From a virus, in IMG/VR virus record IMGVR_UViG_3300047359_000671, positions 1-64,000 of that record: 64,000 nt of DNA. One strand, given 5' to 3'. Position numbers and translations under genes: made by a program. Under the pieces are notes generated by a model. That model ran no database searches, was not told where the DNA came from, and saw only the letters and a list, made by a program, of their open reading frames with translations. Within the stretch, counting starts at the first letter, position 1; each line of letters begins with the position of its first letter. Positions 39,149 to 49,385 of the stretch are shown here, piece after piece.

Positions 39149-39451
39149 GTGTCAAATGAAATACAACTGGATTTATTTCCAGAACTAGCAAAAGAAAGAG
39201 ACTGGTTAATTCCGAATGAATGGTCATTATCGCACGAATATACACATGAAGAAGTGTTAGATTTCGCAAACTTCAAGCACTATGATGATGTAGAGATTAC
39301 AAAATATACATTCGAATCAGACCCAGAGTTATTGATTGCGCAGGAAACTATTAAATTACAAGAACTAACTATAGAAAATTTGAAAGAAAAAATCAGTTCA
39401 TTAGAAGAACAATTAAACAGCAAAGTACACCCAAACAGAATTAGATTTTAA
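39149..39451 (+). CDS. Hypothetical protein with C-terminal coiled coil
   Basis: AGGAG RBS, GTG start, heptad pattern IENLKEKISSLEEQL. Confidence 0.7.
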   Translation: MSNEIQLDLFPELAKERDWLIPNEWSLSHEYTHEEVLDFANFKHYDDVEITKYTFESDPELLIAQETIKLQELTIENLKEKISSLEEQLNSKVHPNRIRF

Positions 39452-40215
39452 TGAAAGTAGGAATTGTTGGTTCTAGTTATAGTGTAGGCATGCACTACAA
39501 TCCAGACGGAGAAGACCCATTGGCGTTGCCATTTGAAAAGTGGTTGTATGAGCATACTGATGGTATAGAATTCTTTAACAGCGCATGTGCTGGTAAGGGA
39601 AGTGAATTATACCTCAACAAACTAGTTTATTTAAAAGAAAAACATGATATTGATGCAATGCTTATTGAATTTGCTTGGCATAGGTCTAGTTTAAACTTTA
39701 GAGTTATGCAGGATTCATATACACAAATTCAAACTGAAACTGACTTATCAGTAATTGAAGATGATGTATACAGAGATAGCGCAAGTGCATGGGAGTATCT
39801 ACGCTCAATAACTCAACCAATGAACGAGCCCACCTTTGCAGTGGGTAATGATTTTGAAACATGGAAATCAGTACAATGGAATATAACTGCTATCGAAAAT
39901 TCACAACAATTTTGGGGATTATTAGACACATTACAAACAATTAATCTATGTAATATGTTAGGAGTTAAACCAATATTATGGAGTTTCTTTGCACACTTAG
40001 AAGATTTCCCAAGTTTTGAAAATCTAAAATCTAAAACTGAATGGATTCAGTTTAATGATAAAAGTAATGCAACTGCATACTATACAAATAAATATAGTAA
40101 AGAAGCAATATTATGTGACCATACACATTTTAATGATGAAACGAACAATGAAATGATTAGAGATTTCATTGCACCGAAGTTAACTACAATAAAGGAACAA
40201 TTATGCCTAACCTAG
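39451..40215 (+). CDS. SGNH-fold protein
   Basis: [18 protein letters not shown] and C-terminal DHTH. Confidence 0.6.
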   Translation: MKVGIVGSSYSVGMHYNPDGEDPLALPFEKWLYEHTDGIEFFNSACAGKGSELYLNKLVYLKEKHDIDAMLIEFAWHRSSLNFRVMQDSYTQIQTETDLSVIEDDVYRDSASAWEYLRSITQPMNEPTFAVGNDFETWKSVQWNITAIENSQQFWGLLDTLQTINLCNMLGVKPILWSFFAHLEDFPSFENLKSKTEWIQFNDKSNATAYYTNKYSKEAILCDHTHFNDETNNEMIRDFIAPKLTTIKEQLCLT

Positions 40216-40799
40216 TCCCAATGGTCATTGACCAATCAGCAAATGGCGAGAGAAGTTACGATATCTTTTCACGTTTGCTAAAAGAACGAGTTATATTTTT
40301 AACAAGTGAAGTTAATGATTATCAAGCAGATTTGATTTGCGCTCAACTATTATTTTTAGAAGCAGAAAACCCAGATAAAGATATTCATTTCTATATCAAT
40401 TCGCCAGGTGGTGTAGTGACTTCTGGTATGGCAATTTATGACACAATGCAATTCATCAAACCAGATGTATCCACAACAGTCATGGGACAAGCATGTTCAA
40501 TGGGGTCATTACTTGCGCAGGCTGGTGCTAAAGGAAAACGATATGCATTACCAAATGCAAGACATATGGTTCATCAACCAAGCGGTGGTGCAGGCGGACA
40601 AGCAACTGATATGCAAATTCAAGTTGATGAGATTCTTAAGATGAAGAAGAACTTAACTGAAATTTATGTTAAGCATAATTCTAAACGCAAAACTTTCAAA
40701 CAATTAACAGAAGACATGGAACGTGATAAGTTTATGAGTGCTGAGGAATCGCTTGAGTACGGACTTATTGATAAGATTTTAACAGAAAGACCTGTTTAA
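40203..40799 (+). CDS. clpP: ATP-dependent Clp protease proteolytic subunit
   Basis: [26 protein letters not shown]; catalytic triad motifs ACSMG, HQP and RD are intact. Confidence 0.97.
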   Translation: MPNLVPMVIDQSANGERSYDIFSRLLKERVIFLTSEVNDYQADLICAQLLFLEAENPDKDIHFYINSPGGVVTSGMAIYDTMQFIKPDVSTTVMGQACSMGSLLAQAGAKGKRYALPNARHMVHQPSGGAGGQATDMQIQVDEILKMKKNLTEIYVKHNSKRKTFKQLTEDMERDKFMSAEESLEYGLIDKILTERPV

Positions 40800-41437
40800 A
40801 ATCCAGGAACGTAACTAAACATCTTAGCAGTTTTAATTCTCATAACGGCGGCTTGTTCATCAACTCTGCCGTTATTTGTTTTTATATCTGCTTGTATTTC
40901 ATCTGTTACATTGAACCAATCTTCTGCATTGATTAAGTCCATAACTGAACTGTTTTCGATTTTTGAAACGCCCAGATTAAAGAAATAGTATAGCATCGCA
41001 TCATATTGTGGTTGTGCAAATCTAACATAATGTATGTATTTTTCTAGTATATTTCCAATATTTCTTAATTGTTTTTCTAAAATAAATGCCGCGGCATCTT
41101 TAGTTATTTTGTTTTGTGATATATCTATTCGTGTCGATGCAACAGTAATATAACCATATTTTAACTCAGTCTCAGAAATCTTATAGTTATACCCAATAAT
41201 ATTATCATCTGTTTTTGTTAATATTGGTGTATTGTCTTCGATAATTGCATCTTTACTTAGTGATGAAAAAGTAAGGTCTTCAAGCCTCTCTGTACTAACT
41301 TTTATATGAGAAAGTATATACGTGGGTTTATTGTTATCATCGTACCCAGTACCTAAGTAGGTACCGTACGGCGTTATCACATGCAACGGTAGTTGAATGT
41401 AATTTAACAACGAGCCTTTCTTTTTATCAAAAATCAT
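40796..41437 (-). CDS. Degenerate lysozyme-like (GH24-fold) baseplate-associated protein
   Basis: IGY and [15 protein letters not shown] resemble the GH24 QxQFDALVSFxFNxG motif. The catalytic Glu motif is not evident. Confidence 0.55.
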   Translation of the reverse strand: MIFDKKKGSLLNYIQLPLHVITPYGTYLGTGYDDNNKPTYILSHIKVSTERLEDLTFSSLSKDAIIEDNTPILTKTDDNIIGYNYKISETELKYGYITVASTRIDISQNKITKDAAAFILEKQLRNIGNILEKYIHYVRFAQPQYDAMLYYFFNLGVSKIENSSVMDLINAEDWFNVTDEIQADIKTNNGRVDEQAAVMRIKTAKMFSYVPGF

Positions 41438-41447
41438 TTATTATCCT

Positions 41448-41654
41448 TTAACTTAATTTTCTTTTAATCCACAATACTAATGCATATACTACTAATGCAT
41501 AGACTGTTGCTATCCCTACGTCTACTAAATGCTCACGCATATGATATATGAATTCTATGCCCGCTTGGACATCGCCTTCTGGTCCTGAACTTTCAACTAT
41601 TACTGTTTTAGAAAAGTCTCCACCTACATCACCAACTGTTTGTTCCATTTCCAT
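41448..41654 (-). CDS. Small protein with a C-terminal transmembrane helix
   Basis: AAGGAG RBS; VGIATVYALVVYALVLWI followed by KRK. Confidence 0.65.
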   Translation of the reverse strand: MEMEQTVGDVGGDFSKTVIVESSGPEGDVQAGIEFIYHMREHLVDVGIATVYALVVYALVLWIKRKLS

Positions 41655-41675
41655 TACTTTCTCCTTTGATATTTA

Positions 41676-43493
41676 TTATACCATAATATTTGTTAACCAA
41701 CTAGGTGAATTTCTCAATCGTCCACCCGCACCCCATCTATTTGCTCCTGATGATGCTGTTGTGACACCAAGTGCAATATCAACATGGAATGTATTACCAG
41801 ACATGTATCCCGGACCAGCACCAATACTTTTAGCGCCGGCGCCTTTCGCCGCCTCACAGAATGCAATAATTATTGCCAAGTCTGCTCTTTTATTTACACT
41901 CAAACGATTACCATTACTATATAATGCAACATCAGCCGCATAACCACCATCATGTCTGGTAGACCCTGTTCTTCTAGTTCCTTGACCTTTAATATCTTGA
42001 CCACCACTTGTAATTACAGCATCAACACCTGATGCTTTTGCGGCTGTATCTAATATACTCATTAATGCGGCTTGGATTGCTTTGTTTCTAGTCTTGCCTG
42101 CTGAACCAATCTCATAACCATAAGTTACTACACCTGTACCTTGGCCTACTGCGCCAGGAGGAATATTACTTGTAATTGACTCTTGGTTTGCGGCTCCGCT
42201 GGCTCCACCCGAACTTGATGAGTTAGGAGCAATACTACCTGCTTGTGAATGAGGATTTGGTGTCCCGGCATCTGTTTGTGCTGTTCTTAAATAAGGCTCA
42301 TGTGTAATTATTTTAGGAATAATAGAGTCTTGTATCTGTGTATTCTCTCCATCTTGCATATCTTCTCTTGCATCTCTTTTAATTAATTGAGCAATTGAAG
42401 CCTGAGGTCCATTTAAATGCATAAGTCCGCCTGTAGATGCATACATGTTTTCTCCAATATTCATATGCAACGAACCTTTTGATTCTAAGAATGATGAACC
42501 TTCACTAAGAATATGTATTTGGTCATCTGAATTTAATAATGTATTACTCTTACTATGTATGTTTATTTTATCGCCTGCTTCTAAGTTAATATTCTTATCA
42601 GCACGTACATTAAAATCTTTTTCTGTTCTCATGGACAATGAGCCTTTTGCATATACCATTACTTCACCAGAAGCACCAATCTCTAACCATCCAGTCCCGC
42701 TACTATTGATTACGTATATAAAATCGTTTGTTCCATCAAGTACTACACTTGCGCCAGTACCAGTTGTCATTCTAATTTGATTTGGATGGACTGTACCATC
42801 ATCACTCACGCTACCATCATCAAATGTTAATGCAGAGCCTCCAGGTGTTTTTAGACCTGTAACTTTATTCTCTTGTGGTGTTTCGTAGTTCGCATCTCTA
42901 TGCGGAGAAGCGGTAGACTTGCCTCTTTTATCATCAGTGTATATTCCTTGCTGTGCAGTGTTTGTGTTGAAGTCACTATTTGCTAACTTGTCTTTGTCTG
43001 CATAACTGTCACCTATAGATGGCGGTGTTACTTTTGCTGAAGATACTCCGACAAATGCACCTTGGCCAAGTCCTGTACCGTCATCTAGTGCTTCACCAGA
43101 AGCGGCGCCACCTGCTACTACGTCTGGTATTTCTTGTGCGACTGCGAACCAATACCCCTTATTAACATCTCCTCCGTCTGCAAAGAAAACTAATATAGTA
43201 ACATTTTCTCCATTAGGTACTCCAAAAAATCCGTAGTTTCCGCCTTCGCCTGCACCACCGAATGGGCTTGCATAATCAAAGAACTGTGGGTCTTCAGGAT
43301 TGCCATTTAATGCTGGAATATATGCGGCTAATCTGCCTCTGCCTTCAGGGTCAACATATGTTTCACCAGTTTTTGGATTAGTGAGAACGGTAACTGCCTG
43401 ATAAATGCCCTTTCCTAACAACTCAATTATCGGCTGTTCTGAATGCTTTCCTGCTGAATCTAGTGCTTTTGTTAATCTGGATTTATTTAACAT
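41676..43493 (-). CDS. Baseplate central spike (gp5/VgrG-like) with C-terminal Zn peptidase (M15-like) domain
   Basis: DPEGRGRL OB-fold motif, KTPGG and beta-helix repeats, MHLNGP. The C-terminal domain has ITSG...STRHDGGYAAD...FHVD. Confidence 0.8.
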   Translation of the reverse strand: MLNKSRLTKALDSAGKHSEQPIIELLGKGIYQAVTVLTNPKTGETYVDPEGRGRLAAYIPALNGNPEDPQFFDYASPFGGAGEGGNYGFFGVPNGENVTILVFFADGGDVNKGYWFAVAQEIPDVVAGGAASGEALDDGTGLGQGAFVGVSSAKVTPPSIGDSYADKDKLANSDFNTNTAQQGIYTDDKRGKSTASPHRDANYETPQENKVTGLKTPGGSALTFDDGSVSDDGTVHPNQIRMTTGTGASVVLDGTNDFIYVINSSGTGWLEIGASGEVMVYAKGSLSMRTEKDFNVRADKNINLEAGDKINIHSKSNTLLNSDDQIHILSEGSSFLESKGSLHMNIGENMYASTGGLMHLNGPQASIAQLIKRDAREDMQDGENTQIQDSIIPKIITHEPYLRTAQTDAGTPNPHSQAGSIAPNSSSSGGASGAANQESITSNIPPGAVGQGTGVVTYGYEIGSAGKTRNKAIQAALMSILDTAAKASGVDAVITSGGQDIKGQGTRRTGSTRHDGGYAADVALYSNGNRLSVNKRADLAIIIAFCEAAKGAGAKSIGAGPGYMSGNTFHVDIALGVTTASSGANRWGAGGRLRNSPSWLTNIMV

Positions 43494-43496
43494 GAA

Positions 43497-46400
43497 TTAC
43501 CTCTTAATATAAAATCTATCTGGTTGAATCTCTATAACTAGACCTTCACTTGTTTTTGCTTTTGCTTTTTCATTTGCTGTCTGTGGTGGGACCCCAACTT
43601 CGACATCTGGGAATAAGTCTGCGATATCAGTTTTCAATTTATCATAATCTCCCATACTTACAGGATATGAATCTGCACCATCACTTGAATTAAATCCAAA
43701 GTGTGCTGATGGATTAGAAATAGTCTGTGTCAAACCATTTGCATCGACATATGTAATATCAGGAATATTATCAAAATCTCTAATTTGATATTGATACCCA
43801 TCTTCTTCTGTCACTGTTACAAACGGTACATTATCTGTATGTGTCATCATGCCTTCGTATATTTTGTGTGCTTGTTGATACTGTTCAATCTGGTTAGATG
43901 ACACTGGTAAATTACTATCTTCTAATTGTGATGGTAATATAATATTATGTGTATCAATTACTGCATCATCTTGTCCTGCTACGTGTCCATTCCAAGTTGT
44001 TTGTGCATCATTGTCGGATGGGTCATGTTGGACAAGTACAGATATTTCTTCAACATCTACATTGCCACTGTCATTTAATGGTAATGTGTGTGCCGCTTCT
44101 GTAATAATAGTAGGTTTGGCTCCAGTTCCTTTGTCGATACTTGCAACTGTTGAAACTTTTGAAGATTCCATACCGTGCTGAATTGCTGACATCTCTGATT
44201 GTATTTCGATTAATCTTTCTGTATCTCTGTCTCTACCCCACCAATTAAAATAAGTACCATCTAAGTCTTCTTTAAGTTCAGCCTCTTCAACCTTCAAGTC
44301 CATCATTCTTTGTTCGTATTCACGTGTCTTTACAGACTTATTCAGGTCACCTCTAAATCCAGTGGTCACTGCTTCATCTAATGTTATTATACCCTGTTCT
44401 AATTGTTTAACTCTAGTATATTGTATTTCGGTTAAGTCATCTAATGTCTCCGAACCTTGCATAATATCATTAATTTCGTTCTGTATTGTTTCTCTTGCTT
44501 TTAATTCTTTTGCAGTATATGTTCCGGCTTCAACTTCTGGCAAATATAACGTTCTTCCTTGTGCTAGAACTGACGGAGGATAAATCCCTTCAGGAATGAC
44601 GATTTTCTTACTATCAGTGTCAAGTGATGTTTCTGCATTTACGACTTCAATCGAAGGGTCGCTCATAAGCGGGACATACCCTTCATTCAACAATCTTGCT
44701 GGGACTCCTCCCCAATCTGGGTATTCGACTGGTGCGATTATTTCATCTTGTACACTTTCGTCCTTATGAAAACCCAAATCTTCCAATGATACATCTGTTG
44801 GTAATACAAATGCTTTACTTTGTGATTCTCTCGTTTCATCAAACTCATCGACTAGTGCTTGGTTGACACCAGTAATATTAAGAGGTGTACCGTATGCATC
44901 ATTCAATATCGAAACTACTTCAGGTGACATAGTAATATCTCCGTCTGCAATTTGTTCATTTATTTGTGCTTCGGCATCCGAAGCATCACCGTATATACGT
45001 CTTATATCGTTATAAGTTGTTTGTATAGCACTACACGCCGCTACTTCACCTACTTTGCAAAGTCCATCTAGTTGTCCCAAAGTAAATGCTAATTGCTTGG
45101 CATCGGCAGCCGATGCGCCATTTCCATTGCCATCGGTAGAAGCATCAATAAAGACATTCTTTGCACCCATATTTGCAATATTCATAGATGTGTAAGACTC
45201 ATCTGCATCTATCACATTTAGCGTTTCAGTTTCAGTAGTTGTACTATTTTCAACGATAACTCCGTTTTCAGTCCTTATAGTTGAATTAGTTCGTGTTATT
45301 GTGACTTCACCTTTGTTACCTGCACCTACAGGTTTTTCAATTGCATTGAAGTCGCTTTTTTCTTCTTCTGTTTCACCACCTAGTACCATACCAGCAGTGT
45401 TCAAATATGTTCTTCCAGGATAATGACCGAATGCGGTAGTGTAGTTTGTTTGGATTTTTGCTGGTTCTTCAATTTCCCCACCGATAAGATAATTCATATC
45501 TTCAAATTGTTCTGCCGCAGTAAATTTAGATAATTCTAAATTCTGCGTAAACTGTCCTCCACTAAACTGTGACGTTATATTATTTACAGTATATAAACTA
45601 GATATAAATTGAGATAATATAGGATTACCAAATTCATCAGTACCTTCAGTAACATCTGACCTCACGATACAACCGTTGATTCCATTTAATGATGTTAAAA
45701 TTTGTAGTTCAGTGTCAGTGCCTTGTTCTCCAAAATGTTCTTTTATTTTTGCAGGCCTGCCGATATATCCTTCAATCCAATAAGGGTCACCTTTAATAGA
45801 CATGTCTGCATTAATCATACTAGTACTCATACCAATCCTTGACTCATAATATTTTTCTCTTGCAATTTCTACGTTTTCAATATCTGTAGATTTTATGACT
45901 GATAGTTTTCTTGGGTCAGCATATGCTTTTGTTATTCTATTGAATACTACTGGATTGTTTAATTGTGTTGCCAAAATAGAATTAAACGTTGATGTTTCTA
46001 ATTTAGATATAACATCATTATCTATATCTTCAACTAATAAAATAGGATTACTCGAACTAGCACGTCTGACTACACCAGCAGTTACTAAATTTCTATCTGC
46101 AACATCTAATGGGGTATTACCACTAAGTTGAGTTGCTATTACATCTTGGTATACTTGGTCTACTTCTGCAAGTAACTGTCGTTCTCTAGCCCTTGCCGAT
46201 TCATCTTCCGCCTGAATTTTGTCTAATGCTTCGTGTAATGCTGTTAATCTTTCTTTTCTTTCAGGTGTAAATACTGCTTCTTCGCCTTGAGCAAATAACT
46301 GAAGTTTTTCATCACCGTTCTTAGTTGCTAATATATCACCTGCTTCTTTCAGCGTCATGCCTTGAGATGATGCCCACTGTGCTGTCATGTCATCGGTTAA

Positions 46401-48374
46401 TGACATAATTTCATCGCTTACTTGGTCAACTTGACCTTGAATACCTGTTTGTATTTCAACTGCTTGATTATATTCTTGTTCTATATCATTAATAATTTGT
46501 AGATTACTATCGTCTATTGCAATTCTGGCACCTGAACCTTGTTTAACAAATGCTTCATACATAAACGCATCTGCTGGTTGAACATACAGTTTTGTTAATT
46601 TGTTATTCATAGAAATATTAAAATCAAGTATTTGGTCATTCTTACCAGTGTATTGATAATTGTAAATCTTGTTAACATGATTTTTACTAAAATAATCTAT
46701 AACTTGTTGTTTGTTTTTTGTATACTTGTTAACTTGGTCTAGTTTGTTTTGTACTACTTCTCTATAATCATATGAAAAGAAATACTCAATATCATATGCG
46801 TATGAACCAGCAACAGAGTTCCAGCCATTTTGTTTTGGAATCAAATGTGGTGTAATTTTAAAACATTTTGTAAACTCTGCTTGTTCTTTTATGAGTTCAT
46901 CTTTTACTAAATTAGATTTGATGGTAATGTCTTGTAGAATGTTATATATTCCCATTCCAGGAGAAACTGTTCCTATCTGTTCAGAAGAATTATTACCACT
47001 TGACGAAAACTCAACACGCATATTTCTATTTGTATATTCTGACCCACCTTTCATCATTCCACTTGCAAAAGAATTTTTAAAATCTTCTGACATAGACCAT
47101 GTATACTCATTACATAAGTTCTTCCCTAGCCCAGGTCTTGACTTCTTGTAATTGTTATTTAATTCGGTAAAAAAAGTATCTAGGGTTTCTTGTAATGTAT
47201 CTCCAACTTTAAATGTGAATGGATAAGAACACGTACTTACATCATGGTCATATATCGCTTCGTCTGAGAATATTCTACCAGTTAACGTTGTTGAAGTTCC
47301 TCTTTCATCTGTTGTTGTTGGGACATCACGCAGTTTATCTATTTTGAATGGAAAAACTTTAGTTGCTTTAAGTTTTTCTTGTTTCCCATAAGAATCATAA
47401 CCTATAAAGTTTACTTTCATAAACCATGTAGCAGTACCTATTGATTGGTATCCCATTAAGACTAGAGCGTTCTGTAGATTATCTGTTAAACTTGTTTCTC
47501 CTACCTGCACTATTTCAAACTGCAAAGATGTGGCTGTACCTGCCATTCTGCTATTAGTAGCATTACCTACACCAATAGATTGTACTTGTAATCCATCAAT
47601 ATTAAATTCAGTAGATACACCAGTCTTTGCTATTGTTATTTTATTAATTCCATTACTAGGCCATGCATCACTTGATATTTCTTCAACATTGAATCCTTCA
47701 GAAGCGTGAAACTTTCTTTCCTCTATTATGTCTACACAAAAGAATTCTAATATATATGTGTAGTTAGAAAATCTATCTAATTTATTTTCAAGGAAATTCC
47801 AGTTCTGAGTTATGTCATCTAATGATGTTGCTTTTCTTAATACTTGATGCGTGTCAGTAAGTCCTTCACTAGTTGTCAGTGTTTTTATTTCTTCTAAGTT
47901 GTTTCGAGCCGCAATGTTATCTTCAATAATATCTTCAATTTCTTCTTCTCGTATACTTGCTATCTGGGCTAGTTTTTTGCCTGTATTAAGTACTGCATCA
48001 TTCCAATAATTATCTGCTCCTTTTGTACCACGTACTTTTGCATACGCAGGTATAAACGTATTAGTAAAACTGTCAAGGTCTTCTGGGATAATAACATCAT
48101 TTGGGCCGATGCCCATTGCTTTTGATACTAAAATAATATCGTCATCTCTACTTCCAGATGGAATATCAACTGATTCAACGATACCTGTAATTGTAGTTTT
48201 GCCAGAATTATATAAATCAGTTATTGTTTGCCTTGCCGCAACAACTCCGTGTTCTGGTGAACTAAATCTAATATATGTACCAGCAGTACCGGTCGTACCG
48301 TCGAAAGGTATATCAGAACTCCTAATCATCATAGGATTATTATAAATTTGATTTAGTGGTTGACCCGCCGCCAT
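43497..48374 (-). CDS. Large baseplate hub/virion protein (1625 aa)
   Basis: Lies between the gp53-like and gp5-like genes. K.YNY.YTGKN..ILDFNI, IKGDPYW, Y.V....S.FSGGQFTQ.L hub motifs. Confidence 0.7.
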   Translation of the reverse strand: MAAGQPLNQIYNNPMMIRSSDIPFDGTTGTAGTYIRFSSPEHGVVAARQTITDLYNSGKTTITGIVESVDIPSGSRDDDIILVSKAMGIGPNDVIIPEDLDSFTNTFIPAYAKVRGTKGADNYWNDAVLNTGKKLAQIASIREEEIEDIIEDNIAARNNLEEIKTLTTSEGLTDTHQVLRKATSLDDITQNWNFLENKLDRFSNYTYILEFFCVDIIEERKFHASEGFNVEEISSDAWPSNGINKITIAKTGVSTEFNIDGLQVQSIGVGNATNSRMAGTATSLQFEIVQVGETSLTDNLQNALVLMGYQSIGTATWFMKVNFIGYDSYGKQEKLKATKVFPFKIDKLRDVPTTTDERGTSTTLTGRIFSDEAIYDHDVSTCSYPFTFKVGDTLQETLDTFFTELNNNYKKSRPGLGKNLCNEYTWSMSEDFKNSFASGMMKGGSEYTNRNMRVEFSSSGNNSSEQIGTVSPGMGIYNILQDITIKSNLVKDELIKEQAEFTKCFKITPHLIPKQNGWNSVAGSYAYDIEYFFSYDYREVVQNKLDQVNKYTKNKQQVIDYFSKNHVNKIYNYQYTGKNDQILDFNISMNNKLTKLYVQPADAFMYEAFVKQGSGARIAIDDSNLQIINDIEQEYNQAVEIQTGIQGQVDQVSDEIMSLTDDMTAQWASSQGMTLKEAGDILATKNGDEKLQLFAQGEEAVFTPERKERLTALHEALDKIQAEDESARARERQLLAEVDQVYQDVIATQLSGNTPLDVADRNLVTAGVVRRASSSNPILLVEDIDNDVISKLETSTFNSILATQLNNPVVFNRITKAYADPRKLSVIKSTDIENVEIAREKYYESRIGMSTSMINADMSIKGDPYWIEGYIGRPAKIKEHFGEQGTDTELQILTSLNGINGCIVRSDVTEGTDEFGNPILSQFISSLYTVNNITSQFSGGQFTQNLELSKFTAAEQFEDMNYLIGGEIEEPAKIQTNYTTAFGHYPGRTYLNTAGMVLGGETEEEKSDFNAIEKPVGAGNKGEVTITRTNSTIRTENGVIVENSTTTETETLNVIDADESYTSMNIANMGAKNVFIDASTDGNGNGASAADAKQLAFTLGQLDGLCKVGEVAACSAIQTTYNDIRRIYGDASDAEAQINEQIADGDITMSPEVVSILNDAYGTPLNITGVNQALVDEFDETRESQSKAFVLPTDVSLEDLGFHKDESVQDEIIAPVEYPDWGGVPARLLNEGYVPLMSDPSIEVVNAETSLDTDSKKIVIPEGIYPPSVLAQGRTLYLPEVEAGTYTAKELKARETIQNEINDIMQGSETLDDLTEIQYTRVKQLEQGIITLDEAVTTGFRGDLNKSVKTREYEQRMMDLKVEEAELKEDLDGTYFNWWGRDRDTERLIEIQSEMSAIQHGMESSKVSTVASIDKGTGAKPTIITEAAHTLPLNDSGNVDVEEISVLVQHDPSDNDAQTTWNGHVAGQDDAVIDTHNIILPSQLEDSNLPVSSNQIEQYQQAHKIYEGMMTHTDNVPFVTVTEEDGYQYQIRDFDNIPDITYVDANGLTQTISNPSAHFGFNSSDGADSYPVSMGDYDKLKTDIADLFPDVEVGVPPQTANEKAKAKTSEGLVIEIQPDRFYIKR

Positions 48375-48375
48375 G

Positions 48376-48675
48376 TTACTTCATCCCATCGATATTTGTT
48401 TTGCTAGGTATTTTGATTGTTTTGCCAACTGAGAAATCTCTTATTGGGTCTTTGATAATGTCTGGGTTTCTTTGTGCAAACACCCACCAATACTTTGCAG
48501 TTCCATATAATTCATAACTGCATAAATCAGGACGTTCATCAAAGTTTTGTGGTATGATATAATCTTCGTCATATGGGTCTTTAAATATAAAACGCTTTTT
48601 AAGTATATCTAAAACTTGATTGTTGATAATTGGAGTTTTACTCCAAGGTGATTTAATATCATACATAACCGTCAT
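48376..48675 (-). CDS. Baseplate wedge subunit (gp53/LysM-like)
   Basis: ERPDL.SYELYGT..YWWVFA.RN....DP....GKTIKIP. The true start may be 48666. Confidence 0.8.
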   Translation of the reverse strand: MTVMYDIKSPWSKTPIINNQVLDILKKRFIFKDPYDEDYIIPQNFDERPDLCSYELYGTAKYWWVFAQRNPDIIKDPIRDFSVGKTIKIPSKTNIDGMK

Positions 48676-49246
48676 TCCTTAATTTGCCTTGCATATAATC
48701 TCTAACACTAAAATTCTCTCTAACATCTTTAGGAGCATATGTAGTTGATAATGATAATACAAATGTGTTCATTACAGGTATTCGTACAATTCCTCCTGTA
48801 GACTTAGAGTTGTATTCTAAGTAGTCAATATCCGAATCTAAGTTCCATGCAAAATCTCTTATCATACATGGTACTGCTGTATATAATCCATGTGCATAAA
48901 AACGCAACACAGGAGGTGGGAGTCCAGGACTACTATCTTGACCGAAATTCATTTTCATAGCACTTCTAACCCACAATCCTGCCTTTACTATATACTCTGC
49001 TTGTTCTTCACTTCGTACTACCATAGGCGCAGTAATGTTAATTTCAACGTTTTGTCCACTTTCAAATGCACGTTGTTGAAAGTTATTATGAGTAAGTGCA
49101 TATTCTGAATAGTTTGCACCTTGCATCGATGATACAGTAGGAGTGTACGGAAAGTTTAGTATATTATCTTTCAGACCAGCCAAAGAAAGTCTGCCACTTG
49201 GGTCCCAGAGTCTAACTGGTTGTTTAGTTTCATATGGATTTGCCAT
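48659..49246 (-). CDS. Baseplate tail-tube initiator/cap-like protein (gp48/gp54-like)
   Basis: FPYTP, THNNF, G.PPPVLRF motifs and position at the head of the hub operon. Confidence 0.65.
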   Translation of the reverse strand: MANPYETKQPVRLWDPSGRLSLAGLKDNILNFPYTPTVSSMQGANYSEYALTHNNFQQRAFESGQNVEINITAPMVVRSEEQAEYIVKAGLWVRSAMKMNFGQDSSPGLPPPVLRFYAHGLYTAVPCMIRDFAWNLDSDIDYLEYNSKSTGGIVRIPVMNTFVLSLSTTYAPKDVRENFSVRDYMQGKLRNDGYV

Positions 49247-49272
49247 GAATCTCTCCTAGTAAATTATAACAG

Positions 49273-49300
49273 TATTTATCGCCACATTAACTACGAACTT
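49273..49300 (-). promoter_or_regulatory. Bipartite late promoter: AAGTTCGTAGTT-N9-ATAAATA
   Basis: Plus strand reads TATTTAT at 49273-49279 and AACTACGAACTT at 49289-49300. Confidence 0.78.
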
Positions 49301-49305
49301 TTTAA

Positions 49306-49360
49306 GATAAATACTATAAAGAAGAAAGGACTTGACATTGAGTTTTAAATAGTGTAATAT
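49306..49360 (+). promoter_or_regulatory. Late box plus sigma70 promoter upstream of gp55
   Basis: GATAAATA at 49306-49313; TTGACA (49332-49337)-17 nt-TAATAT (49355-49360). Confidence 0.72.
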
Positions 49361-49385
49361 AGTACTAATTCAGGAGAAATAAACT

